This document shows positions 12,796 to 25,581 of a stretch of DNA of 64,000 bases, in pieces; positions within the stretch are counted from its first letter, which is position 1; every line of letters begins with the position of its first letter. The notes under the pieces were generated by a model that was not told where the DNA came from, did not search any database, and saw only the letters and a program-made list of their open reading frames with translations. The DNA is taken from positions 62,001 to 126,000 of the forward strand of contig RSEE01000066.1 of the NCBI GenBank assembly GCA_003971905.1, written 5' to 3'. A program made the position numbers and the translations under genes. The DNA is from Moniliella sp. 'wahieum' (lineage: Eukaryota).

Positions 12796-13945
12796 TTAAG
12801 CGGCCAATTCTTCTCGCGTTTTCGCTTCAGCCTGAGGATCAGGAATGGAAAGAGCCTCCAGCTTCTCTTGAGCCGCTTGGAGTGCCGATACGTTTTTGCG
12901 CCGAAGATCTTCTTCATGAGCAGCCTGGGCAGCCTGGAAGGCCCTTTGCTCCAGTGCCATCTCAGCCTCCTCGTCGTGATGACGATTTTCGCTAATGAAT
13001 TGGGTCACATCGTACTCGTCCAAGCCCACCTCGTCGGCAAACATGTCGGGATGCAGCTCGAACATTTCCCGACCAGACAAACCAGATGCTTTGGACAAGG
13101 CGGCCGTCTTGGCCGACTTGGCCTTGGCCAAGTCCTCCTCCGCCGCCTTCTTGTCCCGCCGATCTTGCTTCCACTTGGCAAAGGACTCGGCCGTGACGGG
13201 AGTAAGGTTTTTGCCCACCAAGGCGTGGCGTTGCGCCTCAATAAAGTCCTCGAGAGAAATTTCGTTGGCCTTTTCGAGCCGCTCGCGTTCCTTTTGTTCT
13301 GAACGAAGGACAAAGCCTGGTGGGAGACGGTGGCGATACATGCACTTCTCACCGCCATTCGGGCACTCCCAGAACCAGCCGTACTTGCCATTCTCCACGC
13401 TTGGAGGAAGTACTTGCACACCTTGTCGGTGGTCGTCTGCGGGTTGCCATGCTTGCTCGTCACGACCGACTGCAACTTGGCGTCGTCCCATCCGTCCATG
13501 GTGTCGGCCTCCTTGGCCTCGCGCTCTGCATCACGCGAGTCGACATACAAGTCCTTCTTGGCCACCTTGCGCCCGCCTCGAGCGAATGGGCAAACTTGCA
13601 CTTGTTGCCCTTGGAACACACGCCCGCCCGCCAGTACTCGCACACGATTGTCTTGGGGTCCTCTCCAAACGCGGGTTTGGGCTGGACAATGGACATCTGG
13701 CTGGCCTGCTTGCGACGCTCCTTCTCGGCCTCGGCGCGAAGCTGCTTTTCGCGCTCGCGTTCCTTGTCCTTGGCGATCTGGGCCGGCGTTTTGCCCGACT
13801 GGCCCTGCTGCTGTTGGATGATCTTGACTTGTTTCTGCGCCGCCCCCTTTTTGTTCTTCAGGCCAAACGTCTTGTCAACGGCGACTTTGGCGGGCGCATT
13901 CTGCTTTTGGTCCTTGCCGCCTTTTTGCTGCTTCTTGGGGGGCAT
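12796..13945 (-). CDS. TMA46: Translation machinery-associated protein 46 (ZC3H15/DFRP1 family)
   Basis: MPPKK..., [11 protein letters not shown], two CCCH fingers ([43 protein letters not shown]), [21 protein letters not shown] and LSGREMF. Confidence 0.9.
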
Positions 13946-14923
13946 GTCGGCGGTGGTAGTGGTGGTGGTGTGGGCGAGCGGGACAGGCGGGTGGGTGAGC
14001 GAGTGGGGCACCGAAAAAAGAGGAATCAAAAAGACGTCATGCTGCCGTAAGCGACAGGGCTGACGTCAGGGTGGTGGGTGCTGGGGTTGTCGTGTGCGAT
14101 TGAATATTGAGGGGGGCGGGGAGGGAATCGGTGCAAGGGGCAAGGGGCAAGGCCGAAGTGCGGGTGGAATTGAAATTGCAGATGGGGTGGGGCGATGGCG
14201 AGGGCGTGGCGGCGGGGAACCGCAGAGCAGGCGAGGGAGCGGGATGTGAGATGCAGGAAGGGTGGCGTGGCGCCTGCGCTGCGCTGGAAGGGAGGGCGGC
14301 GTGCTGCGGGCTGCCTGCCAACGCCGACAGCTCTGCATGCGCTGGGCGCTGCACCGCGCTGCAGGGTGCAGGTGGGCTGCTGCTGGCTGGTGCGCCTGGT
14401 GCGCCACCTGCAGCGCCGCGGTGTGCTGCGGCGGCACGGGCGCGGTGTGGGGAGCCCCTGTGGGCGTGGCTCCAGCGCACTGCTGCGGCGCGGGCGCTGC
14501 GCCGTGCTGGGCGCCTGCGCGGGGCTGGGGTGGCGTGGGGGCGGTGGCACGGGCGGTGGCACACGCCGTGCCAGGCTGGCGCGCTGTTTGAGTACCCTCG
14601 GCGGCACGCCGTCCTGCGTACGAGTGTGGGTGGGGTGCGGCCGCAGCGCTCGGCAGCAGCCGTGGCTCCAGCGGGGCCTGAGCGCCCGGACAGCCGCAGG
14701 TCCTCGCCAGCGCGCATCGGGCCTCGTCCTGCCCGCCCAGGACCAGCCACACGCCCACACGCCGTGCCTGGCAGCGTAGCCTGCCGTGTCGCTTGCCGTG
14801 TTGCTTGGTGCGGTGCTCGCTGCTTGCTGGCTGCGTTGCTCGCTGCGTCGCCTGCTGCTCCCTGCGGCCCAGCATCCCCTTCTCTCCCCCACCGCCGCCG
14901 CCGTCTCCCGCCCCGCCCCCGCC

Positions 14924-17900
14924 ATGTCTGCAGGCGCCGCCGCCGAGACGCTCGGCATGCTCCCCCCGGCCGCCTCTCCCGCCGGCAGCACCGCTACCGC
15001 CCGCGCCCCCCGCCGCAAGCGCGTCTTTGCTCCCCGCCAGCCGCCGCCCGCGGCCACAGCCGCCCCTCTTGCCCCTCTCGCCCCGCCCGCCCCCCCCGTG
15101 TCCCAACCAGCGTCAGTGTCCGCACCAGCGTCGCCAGCACCCACACCAGTCTCACCGCCGACGCCAGCCCTACCCCAGCCCCCGCCTCCCCTCCCTCGAC
15201 CTTACCCTGGGTCTCGTCGGCGACGACTCGCCGTCCGTCGAGGCACTCGCCTCCCCCGAGCTCTCCCATGACCCGCCCAGCGATGGCGCGCTTGATCAGA
15301 GTCTTCCGCGCCGCTGGCACTCTCCCAAACGCAGCTCCTCCGACGCTCGCGACTCCCCTCTGCTCCGCGATGCGCCCGCCCCATGCGACTCCCCCTCACC
15401 GGGCCTGCCGCCGCCGCCGAGCCCAATCATCTCGGCCTCGACCTCGGCCTGCCTTCCTCCCCCGCCCACCGTGCCCGCTCCCTGCCCTCAACACCCCCCC
15501 TGGCACAGCCACAGTCGGGCGCCACAATGCCCCCACCACCTCAACTTATCCTCTCCTCCCCTGCGCCTTCCGCCTCGGCCCGTGCGCACCCCCACAGCCA
15601 CACCAACAGCCAAGGCCCAGCCTCCTCCTCTACGGCCCTTGCCAGCTCATCCACCGCCCACGCCAATCACCCGCCACCCAGTGCGAGTACATCAGCTCCC
15701 ATCACCACCGCCACCACCCCCAGCAGCAACAGCAGCAACAGCCGCATGACTCTGGCCGTACCACTCCGTCCCGCAACGGTTCGCTCCGCAACCTAGGTGG
15801 ACTTGTCCGCCGTTGGTCGTCCAGGCGAGGGGCAAGCATGACCCACCCATCCGAGGCAGTAAAGGATGCTACCCTGGCAAACCATGCGGCCTCAGCCGCT
15901 GCCGGGAACCGCGCTGGTCATGCAGACCACCCCCCCTCATCAGCTGCTACCGCAACGACAGCCCGGCCTACCCGCACCTCTAACAGACGGCCTGCCACGG
16001 CGAACGCTGCTTACTCCCCCAGCAGTGCTGCTCGTCCTCCTCCAGTCGATGTGCCTGTGGATGAGAGTAGCCGACGGTCGCCTGCAGGCCAGGCTCCGCG
16101 CACGCGCTCCTCTTCCACCTCGATTCACCCCTTCGTCTCCACTGCCGCCAACGGAGACAAACCGACGGTGGGACGAGCTTACCCCCCTCGGGCTACATCA
16201 CACGGACTCGCACGGGTCTTGCGCACCCCATCAACGGAGAGCTTGGCCCAGCTCTTCCGTCGTCCCTCGAACGGGTCCACGACCGCCAAGGCCGGACCAG
16301 GCGCACGCAACCGCACCACATCCCATTCCGATATTCCTGACAGCCGCGCTGCAGCCCCAACCCCGGCAACCCCCTCTTCTGGCCACGGGCTCTACATGGC
16401 TGGCAGCAAAACCGCCGGTAGCACCGATTCGCTCCGTCAACTCTTTCGGCGGCCATCCCACACTTTGCATCAACACCCTCCCGCATCTGCTTCCCACGGT
16501 GCGGCTATCGCGGCCAACAGCAGCCAGGAAGCAGTGCCTTCCACTCCACGCTCGGCGTCGCGCATGGGAAGCGGCCTGGATTCGTTCCGCTCCATGCTCC
16601 GCCGGCCCTCACTTGGCCGTGCGCAGCAGGGCCCTGCCGTGGCTGCTAGAACGACCGCGACCGCACCATCCGGAGTACGGTCGCACCGCACTGCCTCGGA
16701 CGCGACTGATTTAGCCACGCCTCGTACCCGCCGTCCTGCCACTTCTCATACCCCTCAGGCCTCTTGGTCTCATTCCCAGACAACCTTGGGCTTGGCACGC
16801 GCACCCAGTCGGACGACAGAGACACCGTCAATGTCCCAACGCCATCCTTCGTCCCAAGCGGAGCCACAGATTGTTTCGCACCCTTCTGCCACTGATCTCG
16901 CTGGCGAGCGGCCGGTTTCCCCCACGGGGCAAGGCGTTGGGGCGCGTACTCGGATCTTATCCGCATTGGTCGTTTGCGGTCACGCAAGGCGCGGGACATG
17001 GCCGTCAAGGAGGCTCGGGCAGGAGCTGGTCCCTGGCCCAGTGCCGGCGTGCACCCTCCCACGGCGGCCTCGGCGGCTGTAGCGATCAACGCCAACGAAA
17101 AGACCAAGGCTCGTCGTACGCGGACGGTAAGCAGTTCTGGAGTGCTCATCCCGCACTGCGTCGGGCCGCCTTCGTGGGGACGGAGAATTTGTGGACGAAT
17201 TGGATGGGATTCTTCCTAGCTCGGACGATGGATTGCCCCCGTCCAATGCTCCACGGGTACGGCGTACGACTTTGACTGACCGCCCGGGTCATCGCCCATC
17301 CAGCATGAGCTGGGGCGAAATTAACGGGCCCGCTTCACGGCTTCCCCCCTTCAGGGTCGGGGGTGCAGCTGACGGCCCGGCCCAGTCATCGCGCCAAAGC
17401 AAGTGTTTCTTCCGCTGGGCCCAGCTCGGGATCGTCTCCCTCAGCGCCAACTGCCGCTGGAGCGCAGCAACGTGCTCTCGCCCGTCCAACCACCAGTGGA
17501 CCGGCGTTCCCTTCCCACGTCGCTACCGATTGGCCGGAGGGCCACTTATCTGTCATCTCAACCCATTCGTCCCTGTCCGACGGCACGTTCGTCTCGGCTG
17601 CTTCGACTTCGGGGCAGTCGAACCATTCGAACCAGGCCAACGCATCCCACACGCCTGACACGCTCGAACCTCGCCGTTCTCTGGCGGGAATCCCTGTCAC
17701 GCCTGGATCGGGATCCGCGTCTACGGTGCATGCACCGCATCGGGACGTGGGGCTGCGGGTTGAGATGGGCCAACGGGACGATCTAACGCCGCATTCAGCC
17801 TCTTCCTCCTATCATCTGGCCTCGCGCGCCACCCCCAGTTTGGGATCGGCCACGAGCGCCAGTATGCGCACCTCGGAATCCACCAGCCGACAGACCGATC

Positions 17901-18486
17901 CCGCCGCGGGGGGGTCCATCGTTTCCCTCTACCTCGCCCAGTCGGACCAGGCGGGTGGAGATGGCCGGGCCGATTCGCGCTCAGAGGCAGGGCGTACGTT
18001 TGGCTTGTCTGGAACGCCCATAGGCGACCGAGCCACTCCTCGTCCCAAGCCGCCCTGACCACCTCCACCACGTGGGCTGGCCTGCAGCCTACGAACCCCA
18101 CTCCTCCCCTGCAGGGTAGAACGACGCATTCTTCTTCTCATTCCCACCCTGGTACCGCGCCTATACTCGGCACAGGTGCCGTGTCGGGGCCGGGTTCGGG
18201 CTCGGGTTCGGGCTCGGGCTCGGGCTCGGGTTCAGGCTCAGGCTCTGTCTCGGGCTCGGGCTCGGGCTCGGGCACGTCGGTGGACTCGAACGATACCTCG
18301 GCGGGGGCGTCGCCGATCGCGCTGGCAGAGAGTGGGATGACGCTGTGGCGCTCTGGGTCCGGGACGTTGCAGATGTACGAGCCGGGCCGGTTGGCTCGCG
18401 ACCGGGGCGTTCACCTGTGGGTCAACACGTCGCTTCGCCCGGTCAGGAGACAAGCCGCCCGACCGGCCCCCGCCGCGGCGGTCTAA
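14924..18486 (+). CDS. Large Ser/Pro/Ala/Arg-rich, probably disordered hypothetical protein
   Basis: Chain of long overlapping + strand ORFs joined by frameshifts, starting at GCCATGTCT. Internal repeat (SL.QLFRRPS) occurs three times. (GS)n tract near the end. No recognisable domain. Confidence 0.5.
18188..18273 (+). repeat. Hexanucleotide microsatellite (GGCTCG/GGTTCG)n encoding a Gly-Ser run
   Basis: Read directly: ggttcgggctcgggttcgggctcgggctcg... Confidence 0.9.
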
Positions 18487-19848
18487 CCAATTTTCTCTCC
18501 TTTGCTCTTCCCCCCCCCCCTCCCCCAACCATCCGCTATTCTCTCCTTTAGCCTCGGTGGCCTAGACCCTCGCTGGCTGCATTCTTCCTCATCAACAACC
18601 CCTTTCTCTGGTCCCGCCTGCTGGCCAGGCTGTCTGGGCCTGAGCCCTCCCCCCTCGTTGCATTTTTTTGTCGGGCTCCTTGGGGCTCTCATATATCACA
18701 CCCATTTCTCTCTGCACCTGATACCGGCTCGGTCCTTTTGCCTGTCTCTCTGGACCTACTGGACGTGGGGACTGGCGAGGGATTGTTGTTAACTTGCCTT
18801 TTTTGCTGATAGGCCTCGGGCCTTGTCCTGTAGTCAGATTGTGTATGTCGGGCCCCCCATGGGAGGAGGAGGTGGCCCGAGGTACCTGGGCAGGCCTGCC
18901 TTTTTGGCCGCTACCATCCTTCCATCCTTTATACATACCGTGCCCGACTTGAGCTGCAAGACGTTTGCACGCCCATCGCCATTTCGTTTGGATATGCCGT
19001 TGAAGCTCAGCGCTCACGGCAGCGCAGTTGGCGTGGCACTGTGTGACATGGCATGCGCGCGTGAGGTAGAACCGACCTGTTGCATCCAACCCTTCAAGCC
19101 TCAATCCTTGTCGTTCTCCGGTGCCTGTCCCATCCCTTCGGCTGCCTGCCGACGTGTCATTCATTCAATCGGCGGCCAGTCCCAGGTGTTTCTCTCTCTC
19201 TGTTGGTGCTCGGCGGACGGTCGGATGGATCTGGTGGGTGGGACGGATGGGGCATGTTTTGCGTCGTCGCACACTGGCTGCTGCGGGCTGCGGGCTTGCG
19301 GGGCAAGCCCAGGTGATTTGGCACACGTTGGTAATGTCATGCATCCTCACGCATCCGCATCGTAGGGAGCGGCTACGTGGCCGGCCAGCGGTGGGGAGGG
19401 TGTAGTGAGTAGTGAGCATTGGGGGGTGGGGGGGGGTCGTGTGCGTGTACATGGGCCAGTGGCCCCCAGAATGGAGGACTCAGCGCAGGCGGAAGTGCGC
19501 TCAAGCTGTGGGTTGCGAGGTGTGGCAGGCCACTGAGGGCACCACAGGCTGGCTTCCCGCTTCAAGCTTCAAGCTAGCGCGGCCAGCAAAACCCGAGTGT
19601 GATTGCGGCTGGTCTGATTTTTTATTCCTTCCCCGATCCTCGCCCCCTCCGCGTTAGCACTTCGCACACGTACACGCACCGACCCCGCCATTGGGGCTGC
19701 CTCTGTACCCCGTTCAGCCGGTCTCCTGGGCCCTTGCCCACCCCCACCTCGCCCCGCCCCGCCTCGCCCCGCACAGTGAGCCTAGCCTGCCACCACTTGC
19801 CTCCGTCCGCTGCGACCGCTGCTCTTTGCCCCTTTTGCTCTCCTCGCC

Positions 19849-21161
19849 ATGGTCCACACGGCCGAGATCGAGTCGACGATCGAGTATGTTTGTGGCTTGT
19901 TGTGACTTGCCTGACTGGACTCCTAACTGGCTGGCTGGCCTTGCTGGCCTTGCTGCCGTTCCCCGCAGGCGACCCTGGAGCGGCCTCGTCCGCGCCTTTT
20001 TTCAACGCTACCCAAACCCCTACGCAAGCCATGTGATCCAAGTCGACGTGATTGACCGACAACTCGTCCCGGCCAACACGCCTAGGACGCAATGGCCCCT
20101 CCCTCTCCCTGCCTCGCCACCCGCCGAGCCGCCAGAACCAAGTCAAGCCACCCCAACCCACCCGCCCGACGACCACCTTGTCTTGCGCAGCTCCCGCCTG
20201 CTGCTCAAACGCGGCACCTTGCCCTCCTGGGCGCCCAAGGGCGTCATCAAGTCCACCGAAAGTTGGGTGCTGGAGGAGACCGAGGTGGACATAGAGCCTC
20301 CCCTTGGGACCAGCGCTCCTGCAGCGGGCGAGGACCCACCGCGCCACCGCCGCGACAAATGCGCGTGTGGACGCGCAACTTGGACCATGCCAATGTGCTG
20401 GCCGTAACCGAAGGACTGACCTTTACCGAGGCAGCCCGCGCCCCGCTTGTCTCTGACGCCGCCGGTACGGAGACGGAAGGCGAAACTGGTGCTGCCGCCC
20501 CGCCTCCCCCGCCGCTTTGCTCCACCCACCTTCAGACGCGGGGCCATGTGAGTAGTTCGCTTGGGTTTGGCTTGTTGCGCGGGCGGATCGAGAAGTTTGG
20601 TCTGAAGCGCTTCCGCGCCCATGCGAACACGTCGCGTGCCGGGCTGGTTTGGACGGCCGATTGGGTGGTGGGTATCAGGCCGCCGGAACCGGACCGGCCG
20701 CCAATCGCTTCGCCTGAATCGTTGGGCGGCGGCCGGGTGGCCACGGCGGTGCGCAAGCTGCTCTGGCGGTTCCGCCAGCCCGAGGTGGACCCACCCAGCT
20801 TGGCGCCAGGAGAGGACGATGCCAAGTGGCAGACCAAGTTGCGCGCGGTGCTGCGGCCGCCGTTTTTGGATGGGTACCCCCGACGCCGCTCCAGCGGCTG
20901 CGCAATTGGGCTTGGGGCGACGAGGGCAGGGTGGCCCAGGCACGAGAGGCAGAGGAACGGATTCGATGGGCGTACAAGGCACGGCAGTTGCTGGGCCTGC
21001 AGCCGTCGGAACCGTGGGCGCCAAGCAGTCGCGAAGGCGGACGAGGATACATGCCGCTCTGGGCTCGCTTCCGCCGTCTGTCCCGCCCCGCCGAGCAAGA
21101 GGAACAGGAGGAGACGAATGGGCAAGGCGCCGCTGCACCACCCAGGGATGCCAGGGAGTGA
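19849..21161 (+). CDS. PRELI/MSF1 (Ups1-like) mitochondrial lipid-transfer protein with a C-terminal extension
   Basis: After an intron at about 19884-19968: PWSGLVRAFFQRYPNPYASHVIQVDVIDR, RLLLKRGTLPSW, ESWVLEET and MRVWTRNLDH. 3' end uncertain (21161 or 21246). Confidence 0.8.
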
Positions 21162-21872
21162 GTGGGCCAGGTCCTGTTCCACGCTTGCTTTCTTGGCTCG
21201 ATTGGCTGGAACGGCCATGCTTGCCCGCGTGCGCCGGTGGGCCTGATGGCCTCATGGCGCTGACGAGGTTGTTTGTACCTATGTATATGGCTCTGGCCAG
21301 AGCGCAATCTAGTTGGTACGCTTCGTACCAGCTCCCTGCTTGCCTCTTCCCGCACCTGCTTGCTCTTCCTGGACAAGTTGTTTCCCCCCTCTCTCATCCA
21401 TTGCACTGCTCCTGCCTGTATCCATCTTTACCCATTATGATACAAAGGTGCGTTCAAGCATGTAATGTACATTGTTTTGGTCTGAAAGCAAGAGGGGGGA
21501 AAGGAGGGGGATTCGATGAGGTGACGTTTGGATCGATTGAAGGGCCAAACACCAAAGGGTGTATGTAGTACAGTTCGCGGCACACCTTGGTTTGGGGTGC
21601 GCATACATTCTGACGCACTTCCCACCGGGGGAGAGGGCCAGAGAGGGCCAGTGCGTGGGGCCAGGCTTTTGCTCTTTTAGGAGGAGGAAAGTAAGAGGGG
21701 ACGGGACCGAAAGCCGAGGAGATGGGGTGCGGAAGCGCCGAGGCCGGGAAACAGGAAGAGAGCGAGCAGGGGGATTGGACGGAGCACAGGGACGAGACGA
21801 GACGAGACCAGCGGAGCGACAGGACAGGTGGGAGGCCAGGACAATTAGGTGGATTCAAACGGGAGAGAGCGG

Positions 21873-22603
21873 TTAGGAAGCAAACTGAGGATAGGGCAGG
21901 CGCGCGTCGCCTGCTCCTGAACGCGAGTGTAGGCCCGCACGAGGGCAGGTCGCCCACAGTTCAGCCGAGCCCGTTGCCGGGTCGTGACGGACAGAGAGCT
22001 GGGCAATGCCCTGGCAGTGGGGTCCGTGCCGCGAAGAAGCACTGTGGGCCTGGTCGTCGGTTTGCATGACATCGGCCGCTAGAGCTCCCTCGGCAGGGCC
22101 GAGAAGACCACAAAAGGTCGCGCCTTGGCGGTCGGCGCCGTTGGCTGCGTCGCGCGACAGGCCCGGGTAGAGGTCAAGCGTCAAGGTGGAAGGGGTCTGG
22201 GGAAGGTCGTAGGTAGAGGAGGCAGGAGACGACGTGTCGCGTCCGGCGGCAAAGCCGGGGGCGGAAGATGCGTCAGACATGGCAAAGTCGGTGTCGCTGG
22301 GCACGGCAGGGGAGGCCGCGAGGTGCATGTGAAGGGTGGCGGAGTTGCTTTGGCCGGGGAGCATGTGGAGGGCGGCAAGAGTAGCCTCGTTGTCGTGGGC
22401 AGCGAACGCGCTGAAGTTGCCGGCCAGGGCGGGCACGGCAGGCGCGGTGAGGCGGCGGAGGTTGTCGCCGTCGGCAGCATCGGAGGCCTTACGCTTGCGG
22501 TGGCCGATGGTGGTGGGCACGGGGCCGACGGGACAGGGCCGGCGTGAAGGGTGCCGGGCACAGGCCCAGTATAGGCGGGCACGGACGGACGCGTAGAGAA
22601 CAT
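21873..22603 (-). CDS. Hypothetical protein with a basic NLS-like motif and a C-terminal His/Cys motif
   Basis: HRKRKAS and HGPHC..I.QL.......LWATCP. TATTTAA box at about 22674-22681 on the minus strand. Frameshifted, ends approximate. Confidence 0.55.
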
Positions 22604-25581
22604 GGGCGCGGGGGTGAGGGGGGGGTGGTGGTGGGGGGGGGGGCGCGCAAGAAGGGCAGCGCAGGGCCCCTGCTTAAATAAATTATGGCCAGTCTCGTGG
22701 CTTTGCAGGGCTTGGCTTCGCTCGGGGGGGGATTGTTGCTAGAAGCGGCCGAGGCACAGCGACGCACTTCAGGCGCAGGCCCACCCCAGGCCTCCTTGCC
22801 TCCCGCCCGTCCCGCCCGCTCCTGCGTGCCACCGGTCACCCCGGTCACCCCCTCCTGCCCTCGAGCGTGACCTCACGCGTCACGTGTCACGCGTCACGAC
22901 GCGCACAGAGCAGCACCCCGCCAGTCTTTCCCGCCGCCCCGCCATGTGCCCCGTGTGCAGGCGACGTAGATGGAGCAACCCAGGGCGGAACTCGGAACAC
23001 CGGGCTATTGAGCAGCGCGCTTCCCACATCATCGCATCGATCATCGATCCCATCCCACACCCACACCCAGTGCGTGTCTGAACGTTTCATCCCTGGGCTC
23101 CGTGTCAAACGCTCACCCTCCAAATGTATCATGCGTCAACGTCCAACCCTTTTTCCTGAGTTGAACGTTGAACATTTTGAACCGGGTGACGGGTGTGTGA
23201 TGCAGGATGCAAGGATCAATGGAGCAGATATCTACACGGCTGTTCCGCTTCTCGTTCCGCCGTTGCAAGTTCCAACTCTGAATACATGCCTCAGCGGCTT
23301 TAGCCGGCTGTTATAGCGCTGGTATAGCTGACTAAGCGTCTAGGCTAAGCGCTCAGTGGCTCAGTGAGCTCAGCCTCAGCGCAGCGGTAATCGGTAGCCG
23401 GTAACGTGTAACCCTGGTAATTATCCGGTACTAGCCGAGTAACCAGTATAGCCGGTAACCTCCGTCCTGCTGTATGCCCATCTGACATGTGACAAGTGAA
23501 TAGTGAATCTGTGCTGGACTGGGCTCAGAGCACAGGCTCACATCTCAGAAGAGCGAATGGATACAGATATCTAGTCGGTCTCCGCGGCACCTGCTGCTCG
23601 CCCACGCCGTCCGGCCATGCCCTCCAGCACCACGGCACTCGTTCACCACGCCCGGCGCGAGGGCTTCCCATTGCAGTATCCCGAATCCGACGCCCGCTCC
23701 CATCCAAAACCTGTCTCTGCCGGCCACCCCGCCGCGTGTTCACTGCCTCAGCCTCAGCAGCATCTCTTCCACTCGGCCCCGGCCCTGGCTCCCATCGCTG
23801 CGTCGCCCAAGTACGTCATACCTTTCCGCACACCACAGATAGCATCCATCCTAAAAGCCACCGGCTTGGCCACTCCGCCCGGCCCTATTCCAAGGGCGAG
23901 AGAAGACGTGTCATTTCTCCGCTCTTTCTCTGCCGGAGCAGTCCGGCCCAGTCAGTGTTCAAGGAGAATGAGATCTGCACTGCCTTGATATGGCCTTCCT
24001 TGGTCTCGTCCTCGTTTGGCAGAGGCAAGCCACAGGAGAACGGGGGGATGCCCGTCATGCGCCCTCCCCGCGTCCATGCTTTCAGCCAAAGCCGGTATAT
24101 ACCCTTTGTCCCCCGCGCGGATGGTTTCGCGGGGCTTATCTCCCGCCACGGAAGAAAGGGGAACGTGCTGTGCGGGTTTGCCTCTCACTTGCATTGATCA
24201 AAACTACTCTCGAAGGAGAGCTTGCATTGGCCTGGTCAGCCACATACTGCACTCGATTCTACCCAATCAACTCCTGACCCAGCATTCAGTCGTGTCTTTG
24301 CCATCGCCCTGGTCCACGCAAACTACTAAGTGAGCAGGCCGGAGTGATGCTGAAGAGGAGATACCAACCAAGGACAGCCAAGATTGAAGTGGCTTCGATC
24401 ACTTGGGTAAACTCCTCAGGTCAGTTGAATAGATTGAGTGATCCTGATCCATTGTCGCCGGCACGGCTTGTTTCCCTTCAGACAGAATGGATCGGGTATT
24501 GGAGACGAGAAGGGACAATACTGGGATCGTGGTGAGTCCGAATGCAGAAGCGCCTCCGATGACATCTCCGCCCAACAAGGTCATGACACGCTCATTGATA
24601 CTAAGGTCTTCTCACGGCTTCGACCCCGCTTTGAACTCCTCCAACCGCCTCCATTCTTCCTCTCCCGCATCGCCGATGATGAGCCATTATAGTGGATCGT
24701 CGACCTCACTGGATACTACAAACAAGGAAGATAACTCTCTCCAAAAAGCTGTCGCCTGCGAAAGATTATTCTCCCTCTTCCGTACGGGTAGCTCTCGTTC
24801 ACACCTCCGGACGGCTTCAACACTCTGGTTGCAGCAGCATATTCGCTTTCCATGCACTTATAGGAAGAATGATGCGCATCGGCACATTCGCAAGCTGCAT
24901 GGGCATCGTGTTGTCGCCTTGTCGAGCAAATGTCGACCGGTGATGGAAACACCCGCCCGAAATGTCCATTGCGCTGTTCCCATCGTTTTCGGCATCAGGA
25001 GCCATCACTGGTGTTTCCCCCTCCGTTACGTGTGGTTCCGGGTTATATTACCCGCGTCGATGTTTCCTGTGGTGGTCATGTCAAAAAGACAATGTTTGCC
25101 CCTGTCCCAGCAAGCTCTGTCAATGATATGGATGCGGTATAGAGATGTGGCATGTGAGACGAGCCGCATCAGTATGGTCTGTGTGTTTCGACCAGGGGCT
25201 ATCGCCCCCCGTGCAGTCAAGGAGCTCCGATGTTGTAACCATTCCATTTAGCTTTTGTGTTTTCTTTGTCCATGATCTCCGCAGCCCCAAGGTAGCCTCT
25301 GTTGCTCTTTGATGCGCCCTTGTATTAGGCGGGTCGTTAGCTGTGGCGTATTCAAACACTGTGCCACTCTCATCATCGATCATCAGAGATAGGGGATCAC
25401 AACTGTAATACACAGTTGGAAGAGCATCAAAGAAGCGGGAGAGAGCGTGCGTCTCTGTGGGAAAGGGGACAAGGTTTAAGGTTAGAGGGCCGCGATTGTC
25501 TGCCGGACCGGTGACATAAGAAGTACCCACCCATACATCATGTGTACAACTCATCGCCCTCCTTACCAAGTCGCCACCGCC

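Noticed and set aside
14026..15144. Long antisense and overlapping ORFs here and opposite TS, amine oxidase, HAD and RhoGAP
   Set aside because: Expected shadow ORFs in high-GC coding DNA.
24740..24800. ACERLFSLF resembling a hAT dimerisation motif; GDKGY at about 24100 resembling Harbinger
   Set aside because: Isolated short matches on opposite strands without the surrounding conserved residues.
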